Below, in pieces: positions 42,167-55,987 of a stretch of 64,000 bases of DNA (positions are counted from its first letter, which is position 1; each line of letters begins with the position of its first letter). The notes beneath the pieces are model-generated. The model saw only the letters and a program-made list of their open reading frames with translations, was not told where the DNA came from and searched no databases. The stretch comes from Octopus vulgaris (Eukaryota), in assembly GCA_951406725.2 (NCBI GenBank), contig OX597834.1:35464001-35528000 (forward strand), in the 5' to 3' direction. The position numbers and the translations under genes are program-made.

Positions 42167-42399
42167 CATATATATATATACGACAGGCTTCTTTCAGTTT
42201 CCGTCTACTAAATCCACTCACAAGGCTTTGGTCGGCCCCAGGCTATAGTAGAAGACACTTTCTCAAGGTGCCACGTAGTGGGACTGAACCCGGAACCGTG
42301 TGGTTGGTAAGCAAGCTACTTTCCACAAAAAACCCCTAGTACTTATTCTACCGGTTGTCAAGCGGTGGTGGGGGATAAGCACAGACACAAACGCAGGCA

Positions 42400-42463
<64 letters not shown>

Positions 42464-43483
42464 GAGTGTTGTGGTGAAGGCTGTAGCGGTGTGGTGGTGA
42501 TTGTAGTAATGTGGTAGTGCATACAGTGGTGAGGTGGTTGTTGCACTGATGTGTTTATGGTTGTAGTGGTATACATAAAAATATCATAGTATGATGATGG
42601 TTGTAGTGTGATACCACATGGCTTAGTTGTTAGTGGATTCGGCTCATGATCGTATGGTCGATAGTTCGATTCCTGGTGGTGTGTTTTGTCCTTGAGCAAG
42701 ACACTTTATTTCACGTTGTTCCAGCTCACTCAGCTGGCAAAAATGAGTTGTACCAGTAATTGTCAGATTCTGTGTCACACTGAATCTCCCCGAGAACTAT
42801 GTTAAGGGTATGACGGGTGTCTGTGGAGTATTCAGCCACTTGCACGTTAATTTCATGAACAGACTGTTCTGTTGACCGGAGCAACTGGAACACTCATCGT
42901 CGTAACCGACGGAGTATTCAGCCATGGGTGTAGTGGTATGCTAGTGGCGGTGAGCTGGCAGAACCGTTAGCAAGCCGGGCGAAATGCGTAGCGGTATTTC
43001 GTCTGCCGTTACGTTCAAATTCCGCCGAATTCGACTTTGCCTTTCATCCTTTCGGGGTCGATAAATTAAGTACCAGTTACGCACTGGGGTCGATGTAATC
43101 GACTAAAATCCGTTTGTCTGTCCTTGTTTGTCCCCTCTATGTTTAGCCCCTTGTAGGTAGTAAAGAAACAGGTATGCTAGTGGTTGTTAGGCTGTGGTAA
43201 TACACATATAAATGGTGGTGTTGCGAGTGTTGTAGAAGTGAGCTGGTTATTGCCGTAGTGATTGTGATGTTGCGTGATCGCTGCAGTGTGGTGGTGGTGG
43301 TGGTAGATATAGTGGTATCATTGTTGCTGTACAGGTCTGGTGGTATATGCAGCGTTGTGGTAGCGGCTGCAGTACTGTCGTGGCGGATTTGATAAGATGG
43401 TGGATGTGATGGTTGCTGAAGATACGATGTTCACTAGAATTGAAACCTTACCGCTGCCTTCCCTTCTGTTTCTTCCATTTCAG

Positions 43484-43597
43484 TCATCGCTGTGTATCTC
43501 ACGTGGGTCGGCGGCTGTGATAAATCTCAATTGTGGATTGGTTCTTCTACCAATGTGTCGAGTCGTAGTTACTTCCTTACGTGGCATACTAAGAAAG
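43484..43597 (+). CDS. NOX4: NOX4-like exon (TM2 and start of B-loop)
   Basis: Acceptor tttcttccatttcag, donor AAG|gttagt. 114 bp, phase 0/0, SSLCISRGSAAVINLNCGLVLLPMCRVVVTSLRGILRK (NOX family SR.SA..LNLNC.L.LLPMCR motif). Confidence 0.95.
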
Positions 43598-43776
43598 GTT
43601 AGTAGAGATTCCTTCTTTATTTTTAATCCAAACCGTTCAACCAACCATACGTTAATCAATCTGACAGATAGAACAGAATCTAAGAAGACTGGTGGTGGTC
43701 TGCGTCGGTAAGACTTGCATTATTTGTAAAAAGTGACCGAAAGAGTACAGTGATATTCCGGTAGGAAGTAGAGTAT

Positions 43777-43807
43777 CTAACGTTTCGGATAAAGTCCTTC
43801 TTCAGAG
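43777..43807 (-). ncRNA. Minimal hammerhead motif in NOX4 intron (antisense)
   Basis: CU-CUGAAGA-A-GGA-CUUUA-UCC-GAAAC-GUU|AG; stem I only 2 bp. Confidence 0.5.
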
Positions 43808-44411
43808 TAACGTTGACAGACGTGAAATTAAAGCATGACATGAGTGTTTTACATCTTCTATGTTTGAGAAACTGTCTCTAACTAATCACATAATCTATTC
43901 ACCCATCTGCTCATCAATTGATGTGTTTATGAATTATCTGTTAACCTTTCTCTGCATGCACGCTTGCACACACACACATACACGCACACACGTACAGACT
44001 TAGCTTGTACGTGAGACACACAAACACATACATACACATATCTAATATAAACAAACACACATATATTCTGAGTTCTTTTTTTGCGACTCACGTTTCACGC
44101 CACCAGTACTGGACATGTACCTCTAATGAAACAGAATACAATATTGGTAACTAAGTTGCAGACAACGTTTAGTGGTTAAAAAAATACAAGAAAGATTAAT
44201 CGGTCAACCCAAACGACATGAATAAATAAAAAAAAGAGAAAAAAAAACAGTCCGCACTGATGGATAAAGGAAAAACAGTTATGGCAGTTCTGGCCTGATA
44301 ATCGCTTTAGCGTGAAACTCAAGTCGTAAAAACGGAAATTTGTTAATATTACCCTTATGTTCAACACGTAGTAAGTTCTCATACATCGACGAAAAGTGCC
44401 ATTTCAACACA

Positions 44412-44510
<99 letters not shown>

Positions 44511-44711
44511 CATACACACATACACACACGCGCGCGTTCGTTCGCTCGATCAGAATTCATATTCTTGTTGTCGAAACGGACGCACAGAAACGAAGAACTC
44601 AGAGTACTTCGAATGCATAAATACACTCCACTACCCTTTCTTGCTCGGCATAGTAAATCATTGATTGGTAGAATTGTCAGAGCGTCGAACGCATTTAAAT
44701 GCCGTTAAATA

Positions 44712-44896
44712 TTGGGTTGTCCGGAAAGTTCGTGCCGATTTTTAGTAGCTTACCTTTCGGCCTCAACTCTGGGAAGAGGGTATTTTCAAGTTAAAAGATT
44801 GTGCAACAAAATAGTCCATATTTGGTTGATTAAAAATGTAATTATTGACCTTTTTCTTTCCTTCAAAAATCGGCACGAACTTTCCGGACAACCCAA
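44712..44896. mobile_element. Mariner-type MITE in NOX4 intron
   Basis: Perfect ~32-bp TIRs TTGGGTTGTCCGGAAAGTTCGTGCCGATTTTT, flanked by TA at 44710-44711 and 44897-44898. Confidence 0.93.
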
Positions 44897-44984
44897 TATT
44901 ACTTTGCAGTGTTAATGCTTCCTTTGTCGCTAATATATACTTATGACGAAAAACTGGTTTTATTTTATCTTTTCTCTCTTCCAG

Positions 44985-45069
44985 ATGAGTATGTACACGA
45001 TGCGAGTGATCATAGATTCGTGTAAAGGCTTCCATATAGCGTGCGCCTATGCTATAGTTCTTTCTTCAG
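44985..45069 (+). CDS. NOX4: NOX4-like exon (B-loop/TM3, first heme His)
   Basis: Acceptor tttctctcttccag, donor CAG|gtaagt. 85 bp, phase 0/1, MSMYTMRVIIDSCKGFHIACAYAIVLSS. Confidence 0.92.
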
Positions 45070-45503
45070 GTAAGTCTCAGCTCCATATTTTGTTAAGCTT
45101 TCCATCAAGCTGGGCTGTGTGGTTAAGAAACTCGCTTTGCGATCACTTGGTTTCAGGTTCAGTCCTACTGCATGGCACTTTGGGCAAGTGTCTTCCATTA
45201 TAGCCTTAGTGCCTTCCAAAGGCGGCGAACTAGCAGAATCGTTAGCACGCCAGGCGAGATGCTTAGTGGTATTTCGTCCGCCGTTACGTTCTGAGTTCAA
45301 ATTCTGCCGAGGTCGACTTTGCTTTTCATCCTTTCGGGGTTGATAAATCAAGTACCAGTTGCGTACTGGGGGTCGATCTAATCGACTGGCCCCTCCACTC
45401 AAAATTTCGGGCCTGTGCTTAGAGTAGAAAAGGATATAGCCTTAGTCTGACTAATACATTTGTGAGTGAATTTAATGGACGGAAACTATACGGAACCCCG
45501 TCG

Positions 45504-45595
<92 letters not shown>

Positions 45596-46826
45596 TATGT
45601 CCTCTTCCCCATGCCGCTTTACATTGGTGTTGGTTTGTTTACAACCCCATAACTTAGCAGTTCCAGCAAAAATGACGGACAGAATAAGGCCAAGTCATGT
45701 ATGAGAGCATGAGCCGTTACAGTGTGTCAATGCATCCGGCGTTTGTTGGTCAGGTCACTCTGGGCAGTGTCCCAATTTGTCCCCTTTATTGCGAGATACT
45801 TCCTCACCTGCCCCTGGCTACATGGCGTGTGGCCAACCGACCGACACGAGCCAGCAACCCAGCCGGATCCTCAGAGTAGACAACACGGTGGCACAGGATG
45901 CAACTCGAAAAATTAAGCAACATGACCAACCAGTCTGAGCTGACGCTCCCGAATCATACAAGTAATAAGATGCAATCCCAGTTTCTGAGTCGAGTCATTG
46001 GTCGGATACAAATTCCGACCAATGGTAATCCATAATATTCTGGTACCAAAAGAATTTAGACGGCTCCTACAAGCGATCCCATAAGTGAAGGCGACAATCT
46101 ATCCCTTAAATGCCATCTTGCACATCTAGGGGTTTCGGGTGCCCCCATGATAGGAACTGTTCTATTCGATCGTTCGACCTGTTTAGAAATAGAAGCCAAA
46201 TTTCACTAAAATCACAGTATACTAGGTAGTGTTTCATTCTTTTACAAAAAGACGAGATGACCATGCGAGGATTGCCTCTGATTATGAGGTTACTGGGTCA
46301 GGACTGACCTATAAACAAACAAGTAGTACGACCAAAGCAAAGACATGTAATTCCATAGTGTTTGAATTTTGGGTGGAAGGAGGAGAAGAAGGTAGGAGGA
46401 GATGAAGAAGAAAGAGGGGAGAAGGAAGAAGAGGAAGAGCAAGAAGGCGAAGAAGAAGGAAGACGAAGAAGAGGAAGAAAAAGAAGGTAGAAGGAGGAGG
46501 AGAAGACGACGAGGAAGAAAAGAAACAAGAAAGAAGACGAAGCAGAAGAAAATGAAGAGGAGGTAGAAGACGAAGAATAAAGAAGGCGAAGAAAGATGAA
46601 GACGAGGGAGAATGAAAAGAGGAAAGGACGAAGGAGAGGAAAGAAGACAAAAAGAAGAAAAGAAAAAGAAAGCAGAAGAAGAAGAAGGAAACAAAATGGT
46701 AAAAAATAAAAAAAAAATAGGGAAAGTGAGATGGAAGAGAAAAAAGGTGTTGCGATGGCTTTTATGAACCCTAAACTATTAATTAAAGCAGTTAACAGTT
46801 GTGTTGTGTCGTTTGAGGGAGGGAGG

Positions 46827-46885
<59 letters not shown>

Positions 46886-47019
46886 AGTCTTTTACATCTC
46901 CAAGATGTTTCAAGCTTAGATCTGGCAGCAGATATCAATTTGATTACAACAGAAAAGCACATTGTTTAATTGACAGCTGGTGGTAATTAACTAAATGTGT
47001 GTGTGTGTGTGATGCTGTT

Positions 47020-47068
<49 letters not shown>

Positions 47069-47890
47069 AAGAGGAAGAGAGAGAAATAAACAAAGTGGAA
47101 GACAGAGAAAAAAGAGAAAGATTTGGAGAGAGAGGGAAAGAGAGACAGAAAAGAAAAAGGAATTGAGGGAGGGAAGGAGAGAGAAGAAAAGAGAGAGGGG
47201 ATGGAGAGAGAAAGATAGGAGAAAGAGAGAAGAAAGATGAGAGCGACAGAGAGCGACAAAGGGAGCAAGGGAGAGGGAGAACGAAAGAGAGAGCAGAAGA
47301 GAGAGAGAGAGAGAGGGGTGGGGAAGAGATGAGATTTTAAAAATATTTATTTGTTGGTTTCGAAGTCACGAATTTAGCCTATATTTGCTAATGGGTAGAA
47401 GTAGGGGACAATGGAGTTAGGGGACGATGTAGGGCTCTCGTTTGGTAACTTAATAATTCAGAGAATTCGCTTCACATGCTAAAAATAGCAACCGATTCGC
47501 TCTCAGATCATACTCTGTCTTTTAAAAAAGGAAGGACATGTTGAATAACGAGGTCTGAAGCTGGGGGAACTGTTTCCTGGACTGGTGGCGATAATCAAGT
47601 GGGATGGTCCCGGTTGGAATGCTTCTGATCATAGATTTTCTCGATCAAGGCCGAAGACGACGACAAGAGGGCCTTTATACGATCACGCTATCAGCTGCAA
47701 GAAAAAGCAGCCAAATCTGCCTCAGGCCACAACCTAATTATTTTATAACAGGCATGAAATATATCAAATGATATAATCTTACACTTACTGTCTAAACATT
47801 AGAGAATAAGAAAGGGAATGGACGTGATGGTCACAGGTGGAATGTATCTGCATACACCTAGATGGATAGATACATATATCTATATAGTAG

Positions 47891-48305
47891 GGCGGCGAGC
47901 TGGCAGAATCGTTAGCAAGCCGGGCGAAATGCTTAGCAGTATTTCGTCTGCTGCTACGTTCTGAGTTCAAATCCCGCCGAGGTCGACTTTGCCTTTCATC
48001 ATTTCAGGGTCGATAAATTAAGTACCAGTTACGCACTGGGGTCGATATAATCGACTTAATCCGTTTGTCTGTCCTCCTTTGTCCCCTCTATGTTTAGCCC
48101 CTTGTGGGTAGTAAAGAAATAGGTATTTCGTCTGCCGTTACGTTCTGAGTTCAAATTCCGCCGAGGTCGACTTAGCCTTTCATCCTTTTAGGGTCGATTA
48201 AATAAGTACCAGTTACGCACTGGGGTCGATATAATCGACTTAATCCGCTTGTCTGTCCTTGTTTGTCCCCTCTATGTTTAGCCCCTTGTGGGCAATAAAG
48301 AAATA
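47891..48305 (+). mobile_element. SINE family A, 2-unit array
   Basis: Same consensus; junction AAAGAAATA|GGTATTTCG at ~48122. Confidence 0.88.
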
Positions 48306-48617
48306 TATATATATCTCCTAATACTGGAATTTCTCCTTCTGAGAGTGTGTGTGTGTGTGTGCGCGCTAACAAACTATCTTCCTATTTGTGTATGAGTGTG
48401 TCGCATACATATAACTATATATCTACTAAAATGCCCCTCTCCCTCTGTGTGTATGCTTGCGTGTGTATGTATGTGTGTGTGTGTGTGTGTAAAGCTTGCA
48501 TATAGCTATATATCTATTAATACCACAATCTCTCCCTCTGTGTGTGTTTATGAATGTGTGTGTGTATGTGTGTGTGTGACAAACACATACATGTCTGCTA
48601 AAAAACCTTATCTCCCT

Positions 48618-48672
<55 letters not shown>

Positions 48673-48691
48673 CGTGCATGCGTGTGCGTGC

Positions 48692-48745
<54 letters not shown>

Positions 48746-51169
48746 GTGTGTGCGTGTGTCAAAGATACTGAGTTCCAGCTACGAGCCACACAACAAGCCC
48801 TTTTTTCTCTTAGACACCCTGTTATCAGCCTCACCCTGGTTTTCCAGTCTCTCAGCGTTTGACCTCCTACAAGTCACACGAGATAATGAGTTTCATTAAC
48901 ACTTCAGCCCCTCCTTTTGGGGGCACGGTGGGTGGGGGGTATGGAGACAGGAAGGCATACAGAAAGCACAACGCCACCCCTATCTCAGCTGGCCCTTTTG
49001 AATGGCGGAAAGACATACATGCGGAAAGTGTCACCTTAACTGGGTCAATGATTTGACATGGACGTGAATGAAAAGATATCGCAGACGAAGACAAGCAAGA
49101 GGGCTTTTTTTGTTTAACCCAAACAACAACCGTCTGTACAACGAAAGGGCAACACTAATGATGATATTTTTATTATTTTATCATCATTATTATTTATTGT
49201 CTCTGAACAGCTCCCAAACACTGGAGATGTACTACGGCGCCAGCTGTTCATTATCTTCATTATTATTATTATAGACGTTGCACAGAATACAATATCGTGA
49301 TGTTGTTGGTTGAAGATATTGTGTCACAACAAGGAGCTCAGACAGAGAGACAGACAGTATTTTACGTAATATGCGTGCAGTTCCAATTATCATTATTAAG
49401 GCGGAGAGCTGGCAGAATCGTTAGCACGCTGGACGAAATACTTAGCGATATTTCGCCCGTCGCAACGTTCTCAGTTCATATTCCACCGGGGTCGACTTTG
49501 CCTTTTACCCTTTCGGGGTCAATAAATTAAGTACCAGTTGAGTACTTACCTCCTTCCCCGAAATTTCTGGCCTTGTGCCAAAATTTGAAATCAACATTTC
49601 ATATTTTATTAATGCGACGGTGTACTTGCAGAGTCGTTAGTACGGTAGGCAAAAATGCTTAGCGGCGTTTCGCCCGTCTTAATGTTCTGAGTTCAAATTC
49701 TGCCGAGGTTGACTTTGCCTGTCATCCATCCTTTGTGGGGAGGGGTCGAAAGAAGTCACTTAAGCTCTGAGGCTTATTCTGTCGGTGTCTTTTGCCGAAC
49801 CGCTAGGTTAAGAGAACCTAAACGCAACAACACAGGTTGTCAAGCGGTAGTGGGGGACAAACACAGACACACACAACACACACACACAGACACACACACA
49901 CATACACGGCTGTGTGGTAAGTAGCTTGCTAACCAACCACATGGTTCCGGGTTCAGTCCTACTGCGTATCTTCTACTGTAGCCTCGGGTCGACCAAAACC
50001 TTGTGAGTGGATTTAGTAGATGGAAACTGAAAGAAGCCCATAGTATATATGTGTGTGTGTGTGTTTGTTTATGTGTCCGTGTTTGTCCCCCTACCATCGG
50101 GAGAAAAACACCACCCAGGGTCAACCAAGGTACCCCACACACCCCAAACCACCTTAAAAGGGGTGCTGAAAAGTTCCTGGATTTGGGTAAAAGAATATAT
50201 AAGAGGCTCAGTTAATTATGATTTTACTTAACATATTCCCCTCACTTATTGCAGCGGTCCTTCAGTTTTCCTAAGACCTGTGAAAGAACTCCGAAGGCCG
50301 GGCCACCAACCAGGCCTTTCTCGATACCCTTACAACCAGAAATTTTCAGCACTCTCTCGTATTCTCCCGGAGTACCATGGCAATTGCCTCTTTCTCCTCC
50401 GCACTCCTTAGTCTACATACAGGGCGTCGACCTAGAATAAGTATAGGCTTACGCATTCGGGTCATCCTTGTCATGTTCATCCAACTTTCAACAAGTTTAT
50501 TGGCGGCAACAGTACATACATCGCAAACCTCACTTTCCTTTACAAATGCAATTTAAAAAGATCGATGGCCTTGGTCGAGAACAAGATTGAATTACGATTC
50601 GAATGAGATGAGTGAAACTGGAAAAGACCAGCTGTGGAACGGAGTGGATGGATGTATAATGTTAATGCAGTAAAAAGCCGGAAGATGAAGTGTTTTCACT
50701 TGTTACAGTGCCGTGATAAGAGAGACTCTAAAATAAATATCAAATTTCATTGAAGCAGACGATCTCTTAAGTGTCCACCATTTTTGTTTCTCTCCTCCTC
50801 CTTTTTCTATCATATACACAAACACGCTTTCGCTTTCTCTTCAAATCCCTCTCACTCCACTTTCCTCCTCCTCTATCATATCTACAGATCCCAAATCCTC
50901 TCCTAATTTTCGAATCCCTCTCACACACTCTCACTAAACTTTCTCCTATTCCATTTTCTATCACACACACACATTCTCTCTTACTTTCCAAATCCTTCTC
51001 ATGCTCGTTTCCTCTCCCTCTCTCTCAAACACATACAGATTCTACAGACTCTTTCTCTCTTTTACTCTCCATCCCCACACTTCACTTTGATTTCTTTACC
51101 CCTACCCCCCACTCTTACCATGTTTCTCCCTAATTCCTCTCACACACTCTTTCTCTCTTTCTTCTCCAG

Positions 51170-51267
51170 TGATCCACTACACTGCTCACGTGATTAACGC
51201 CAGAAATTTCTCAATGAACTACAACAGAATCTATACAAATGTCAACGCAGCTAAATACCAATACGAA
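51170..51267 (+). CDS. NOX4: NOX4-like exon (end of TM3, C-loop)
   Basis: Acceptor ctctttcttctccag, donor GAA|gtgagt. 98 bp, phase 1/0, (V)IHYTAHVINARNFSMNYNRIYTNVNAAKYQYE; NOX H..AH..N..NFS.NY motif. Confidence 0.93.
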
Positions 51268-51867
51268 GTGAGTGCCATCTTTCTGTTTCTTGACGTTCTT
51301 GTGTTTTGCTGTCGTTATTGATGGTGTTGTTGCGAGAAACATGGCCGTTGTTGTTGTTAATGTGGTTGTTATGAAATATGTTGTTGTGATAGATATGATG
51401 GTTACAGTGCCGTTATAAAGACACAAGTATAATGGGCAGGTATACTGTCCAGGGGCCTCAAAGTTTTAGGGGCCCAATTCTAAAATATGTATGCCGTAGC
51501 TTACCGTCAATAAATAAATATAGGATCTAGTGCATTGATTTGCCCAGGGGCCTCACTGTTCTAGGGGTCCAATTCTGTTCTATGGCTTGCTGTCAATAAG
51601 CTAATATTTATTTCTTTATTGCCCACTGGGGGCTAAACAGAGGGGACAAACAAGGACAGACAAAGGGGTCAAATCGGTTTTCATCGTCTCCAGTGCGTAA
51701 CTGGTACTTGTTTAATCGACCCCGAAACGATGAAAGGCGAAATACCGTATAAGCATTTCGCCCAACGTGCTAATGTTTCTACCAGCTCGCCGCCTTTCAA
51801 TAAGCTAATATTATAGGGTCCCGCACGGTCTTGAGTCCCTCACAGTCTTGGGTCCCATATGGTCTCA

Positions 51868-52225
51868 GAGCCCTCACGGTCCCGGAGCCCTCACGGTCCC
51901 GGAGCCCTCACGGTCCCGGAGCCCTCACGGTCCCGGAGCCCTCACGGTCCCGGAGCCCTCACGGTCCCGGAGCCCTCACGGTCCCGGAGCCCTCACGGTC
52001 TCGGTGCCCTCACGGTCTCGGAGCCCTCACGGTCCCGGAGCCCTCACGGTCTCGGTGCCCTCACGGTCTCGGAGCCCTCACAGTCTCGGAGCCCTCACGG
52101 CCTCGGAGCCCTCACGAACTCAGAGCCATCACGATCTCGGATCACTCACGGTATCGGATCCATCACAGTCTCAGATCCATCATGGTCTTGGGTTCGGGCC
52201 CTCACGGTCTCGGATCTGTCACGGT
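51868..52225 (+). repeat. GC-rich 17-bp minisatellite (GAGCCCTCACGGTCCCG)n, about 20 units
   Basis: Direct reading; near-perfect to ~52110, then degenerate. Explains the three overlapping repetitive ORFs. Confidence 0.95.
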
Positions 52226-52713
52226 TTCAGATACTTTACAACTCCGAAGCCCACAGATCTATGTATATTGTGACTTGCTGTCAACAAATACATACATTGC
52301 GCCCACGTTAAGGATTTTCCCGTGCCTCTATAATGCTGTTATTTGCCCGTAGGCACAGGTCCAGGGGCCTGAAAGTCCGACAGATTTGTTATTTTAATGA
52401 ATTTTTTGATGATATTTGAAAAGAAACAGTAATTTTTGCAAAACGTATTAAGCAACAGTAATAATATATCAAAAAGCATAAAAATAAACAAGATTTTTGA
52501 CGGTTTTATAGATATTTCAAAATTATGATACTATGATGCTAGGTGTTTCCATTATTTTGTCCAACCCTTGTATACACACACACACACACACATGTATATT
52601 TATATACGTATTTGTTGTTTGTTATTGTTCTTGCATTTGTTTGTTATTGTTGTTATCGTCCTACCATGACCACCACCACTTTTAACTAGCTGAACTCCAT
52701 TTTCTCTCTACAG

Positions 52714-52741
52714 GATCCTCTTTGGATTATCCTAGGTACAG
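52714..52741 (+). CDS. NOX4: NOX4-like 28-bp micro-exon
   Basis: Acceptor tttctctctacag, donor CAG|gttggt. 28 bp, DPLWIILGT; phase 0/1 joins the two flanking exons exactly. Confidence 0.85.
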
Positions 52742-52878
52742 GTTGGTATTATTTCGTATTCTTTTCAGATTAGTGGTATGTGTGTGTGTGTGTGAGTGCG
52801 CGCGCATGCGTCTGCGAGAGTGTTTGCGAATATGGTATACAGTGTGTATGTATGTTCATCCATGTAAAAGAGAACAAT

Positions 52879-52916
<38 letters not shown>

Positions 52917-53018
52917 GTGTAAGTTTATGATAGGAGAGTGTATGTGCGTATGTTTGAAAGAGTATATACAAGTTTGAGAATGGGTATACATGTGTGTGTA
53001 TGCGGATAAAAGTGTGTG

Positions 53019-53117
<99 letters not shown>

Positions 53118-53473
53118 GCGTGTGTGTTTGTGTGTGTGTGGAGGGGTGTGCGCGTGGATATATACGTATCTGTAACTGTACAAGTCGGGTGTGAATGAAT
53201 GAGTACATATCTGGTGTACGCGAGTGTGAGACAGGTGCCGTGGTGCATGAAGTATATTGAGATCCGGTTTCAATTCCCACATGGAAAGTGCTTAACTAAC
53301 ATAGACTAATATCCCAGTTCCATAACCCCTTAATTCCTTATGATACCTCAAAATTTCTCAGGGGCACCAAAAGTGAAGCTGACGATTCCAGAAGATCGCC
53401 CAAGGAGAAGTTTTCCAACTGGAATCAAAGATAACCAGAACGTGGGGGGGGGATTGAAAACAGAAACGTTACG

Positions 53474-53546
<73 letters not shown>

Positions 53547-54085
53547 GTGATGGTGATGATGTTGATGATGATGATGATGATGATAATAATAATAATAGCT
53601 CTTTTTAAATTTGGCACATGACCAACAATTTTGAGAGGAAGGGACAAATTGATTTACATTGCCCCCACACCCCACCCCACCCCGTGCTCCACTGGTGCTT
53701 TATTTTACAGTTGAAAAGACAAAGTCGACTTTGGTGGGATTTGAACTCGGCACTGGGTGAGTTCACTTCAGTACATAACGCCGCTAAGCATCTTGTTTGA
53801 CGTATTTAATGATTCTGCCAGGTTGTCGCCTCAAATATATATTTTTTCTAATTTTGGCACAAGGCTCTGGCTCACCCTCCACTGCTTTTTATACTAATTT
53901 TTATTCATTTAAACTTTTATTATGATTTATTGTTTGAATACAGAGAACAATGCATAACATTTATAAAGAAATAAGCAACGAATTGTTTATGTAGTTTGCC
54001 CGGGCCCTGCGTATGTGTGTGTAAGGGTGATTGAAATAACCAAACCGTGAAATTATTTGTAAAAAAGCCTTTTTTTGATTTTCAG

Positions 54086-54158
54086 TGTCTGGTACAACTG
54101 GTATAATGATGATGTTTATATTGTGTCTGGTGGTCACGACTAGTCTTAAGTACATCAG
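54086..54158 (+). CDS. NOX4: NOX4-like exon (TM4)
   Basis: Acceptor tttttgattttcag, donor CAG|gtaaag. 73 bp, phase 1/2, (V)SGTTGIMMMFILCLVVTTSLKYI(R). Confidence 0.92.
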
Positions 54159-55069
54159 GTAAAGGCGTTGTTGTTAGTGCTGGCTTTGGTGGTGTTGAGG
54201 GCGAGTGTCTGTAAGTATGGTGTGTATGTAAGTATGCATGCATGCGTGTGTGTGTGTATGTATGTATGTATGTATGTATGTATATAACGGGAAGCTTTAT
54301 GAAAATAAACACAAGACGAAGGCAGGTGGAGTACAAACAAACAATTGTATTAGTATGGCGCTCAGGAATATAAATAAAACAAGTCTTTTACGTTTCGAGC
54401 CTACGCTCTTCAACAGAAAGATACACAGAAAAGAAACACGGAGAGAAACAAGGAGAGAAAATAATGCGTGCAGAAGCTAGCGAATCAACATGGCATATGT
54501 GTGTATATATGTATGTATATCTGAGTGTATATATGTATGTATACATGTATGTATGCATGTATGTATGTATCTATGTATGCGTGTGTGTATGTATGTGTAT
54601 GCATGTATGTACGTCTGTAAATGTATGTAAGCATATATGTATGTGTATGCATGTATGCATGTTTGTGTGTATGTATGTATATATATATTTGCACGCATAT
54701 ATGTATGTATATTTATGTATGCATACATGTATGTAGATACGTATGCATATCTATTTGTATGTATATATGTATGCTTGTATGTAAGAATGTATGTATGTAT
54801 ATATGTATTTATGTATGTATGTATGTATGTATGTATGTATGTATGTGCACACTTATATATATATACTTGTGTCCATACCACTGCATAGACGGATCTGTCT
54901 GTATGTCATGACTAACCTAAGTATATACTTACTCGTGTCTGTATGTCTAAATGTGTTCAATATTTATTTAATACATTCAAAGCTTCCAGAATGTTTTACA
55001 TATTTCCACATATTTCCACTGTGTCATTTATTTCTTCTAATTACATCTTAATTAGTTGTTTCCCTCCTG

Positions 55070-55527
55070 ATTTTATGAAACTCATCTTCTCAAGATTGGT
55101 GCCGAATCATTTAGATACGCTCCCAAGTTCCCTCAATAATTACAAGTATAAATCTAAATCTAAAGTCTGGATGTAGTATCAGTAGATCTCTTCTTAGTCC
55201 GGCAGAGGTGTTTTCTTTTTCTTTATATATATGTTGGGCAACGGATTTCAACTGCTGTACATAGTTTCTTTTCTCTTGTCCCAGATCATTATGTCTGGTC
55301 TGTTATACTCTTTTACTCTTTTACTTGTTTCAGTCATTTGACTGCGGCCATGCTGGAGCACCGCCTTTAGTCGAGCAAATCGACCCCGGGACTTATTCTT
55401 TGTAAGCCCAGTACTTATTCTATCGGTCTCTTTTTGTCGAACCGCTAAGTGATGGGGACGTAAACACACCAGCATCGGTTGTCAAGCAATGCTAGTGGGA
55501 CAAACATAGACACACAAACACACACAC

Positions 55528-55608
<81 letters not shown>

Positions 55609-55790
55609 TACGACAGACGTCTTTCAGTTTCCGTCTACCAAATCCACTCACAAGGCATTGGTCGGCCCGGGTCTATAGCTGAAGACGCCTGCCCAAGATG
55701 CCATGCAGTGGGACTGAACCCGGAGCCATGTGGCTGGTTAGCAAGCTACTTACCACACAGCCACTCGCTTATAATTTGTAGAAGTTTTGG
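55070..55790 (-). mobile_element. Dong/R4-like RLE-domain remnant interrupted by a SINE (55305-55765)
   Basis: NRPDIMIWDK...CTAVEIRCP...EKENT (PD..E/D.K restriction-like endonuclease region). Confidence 0.65.
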
Positions 55791-55987
55791 AAAGAATAGT
55801 TTACTAGTATTCTTTCATATTATTAATGAGTACACTCTTTGTTGTGTGGACGCCCCCAGACGACGAAGTAGGCTAGCCCAATACGTAGATATAGAGGGAG
55901 AAGTCTAGACACCGAGGAGTTGGATTGAGTAGAGGTCATCTGAATGTGCCACTGTGTAGTATTGCGATATAACACTCTCTTCTCAAA

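Noticed and set aside
51831-52352. Three overlapping repetitive ORFs (EPSRSRSPHGPGALTV)
   Set aside because: A stop-free 17-bp tandem repeat read in all frames, inside a NOX4 intron.
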